Assembly (NCBI GenBank): GCA_032718475.1
Contig: JAUCBJ010001302.1
Coordinates: 18,887-82,886, forward strand
Reading direction: 5' to 3'
Origin: Nemertoderma westbladi
Taxonomy: Eukaryota > Animalia > Xenacoelomorpha
Length of the DNA: 64,000 nt
In this document: piece after piece, positions 63,274-64,000 of the stretch
Position numbering within the stretch: the stretch's first letter is position 1
How the letters are laid out: each line of letters begins with the position of its first letter
The notes under the pieces: model-generated
What the model was told of the DNA's origin: nothing
The model's input: the letters and a program-made list of their open reading frames with translations, nothing else
Database searches by the model: none
Made by a program: the position numbers and the translations under genes

Positions 63274-64000
63274 TTATCCTGCACTTAGAAGTCTGATAAA
63301 CATTATAATTGGCATAATTCATTATTTCTAGGGGGCATTCAAGGATCTTACAAACTTGGTGGTGGATAGTCTTGAGTGCATGGAAAGGCATGGTTATTTT
63401 CTGCAGACAGCAAATAAGTGTGGGACCCGCCCCAAAATATTATTAAATTAGTTGTGTTCCCAGACTACCACGGGATTTAGTAAAACAATAATATTGGCAA
63501 AAATAAAAAGGTTTATTATATAAAAATGAAGGAGACCTTTCTTTATATCACGTTCACACTATAAAGTCAAAGGACAATATTCTAAAACATATTGTTACAG
63601 ATTGCTGGAATACTGAAATTTATACTATTATTAATATATACACAATTACAATTTAATACAACTTCACCATTTTTATCAGGTCGGCTTTTGACACCTTTTC
63701 TTACTGCTGGCAGGGCCGGATTATAAATTTTCAGCTACAACATGCCGTTAAAAATTGCCTATTAAAGGCCGATCTACACGTGGCAACTTTATCAGCAACT
63801 TGTAAAGCAACCGAGGTTGCCGATCAAGTTGCTCCGTGATTAGATAAATCTGTTTTTTTTGTGAAGAATTGAGGTTGTTTATTGTTTTCCCCATTTGAAT
63901 TTTATTCTTCTATCAGATGTCTTTACGGTTGTTTTATATTAAATTAAGGACAGTACTTGTTTAGAACGTACTGTATGCATGAGGTCCTAGCTAGGTGTAG

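Noticed and set aside
59900-63945. Candidate ZnT terminal exons at 59905-59936 (FTIQR) and after the acceptor-like site at 63916
   Set aside because: In-frame stops nearby and no convincing match to the ZnT C-terminus.

Overview
AT-rich, intron- and repeat-rich animal (probably invertebrate) genomic DNA; the organism cannot be named from sequence alone. The backbone is a + strand SLC30/ZnT (ZnT2/3/4/8-type) zinc transporter gene. Six exons splice in frame (24940-56820), three candidate alternative first exons lie upstream, and the last exon is not visible. Its introns carry: (1) a very young 12.3-kb BEL/Pao LTR retrotransposon (1183-bp near-identical LTRs, AACAT TSD) with an intact Gag-protease ORF but no RT or integrase, no tRNA-type PBS but a candidate 11-nt self-primer match, a disrupted extra zinc-knuckle ORF and duplicated structured RNAs; (2) Penelope-like fragments with hammerhead ribozyme motifs; (3) a decayed Gypsy integrase interrupted by a TIR element and by a 36-bp array amplified from the integrase itself; (4) many MITE/foldback elements and a tRNA-derived SINE; (5) several large minisatellites, one of which is about 35 copies of the splice acceptor plus first codons of a ZnT exon. 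An intronless, divergent SLC6 transporter ORF lies at 61186-63273. Most long ORFs in the supplied track are repeat artefacts. All counts, alignments and base pairings were read by eye.
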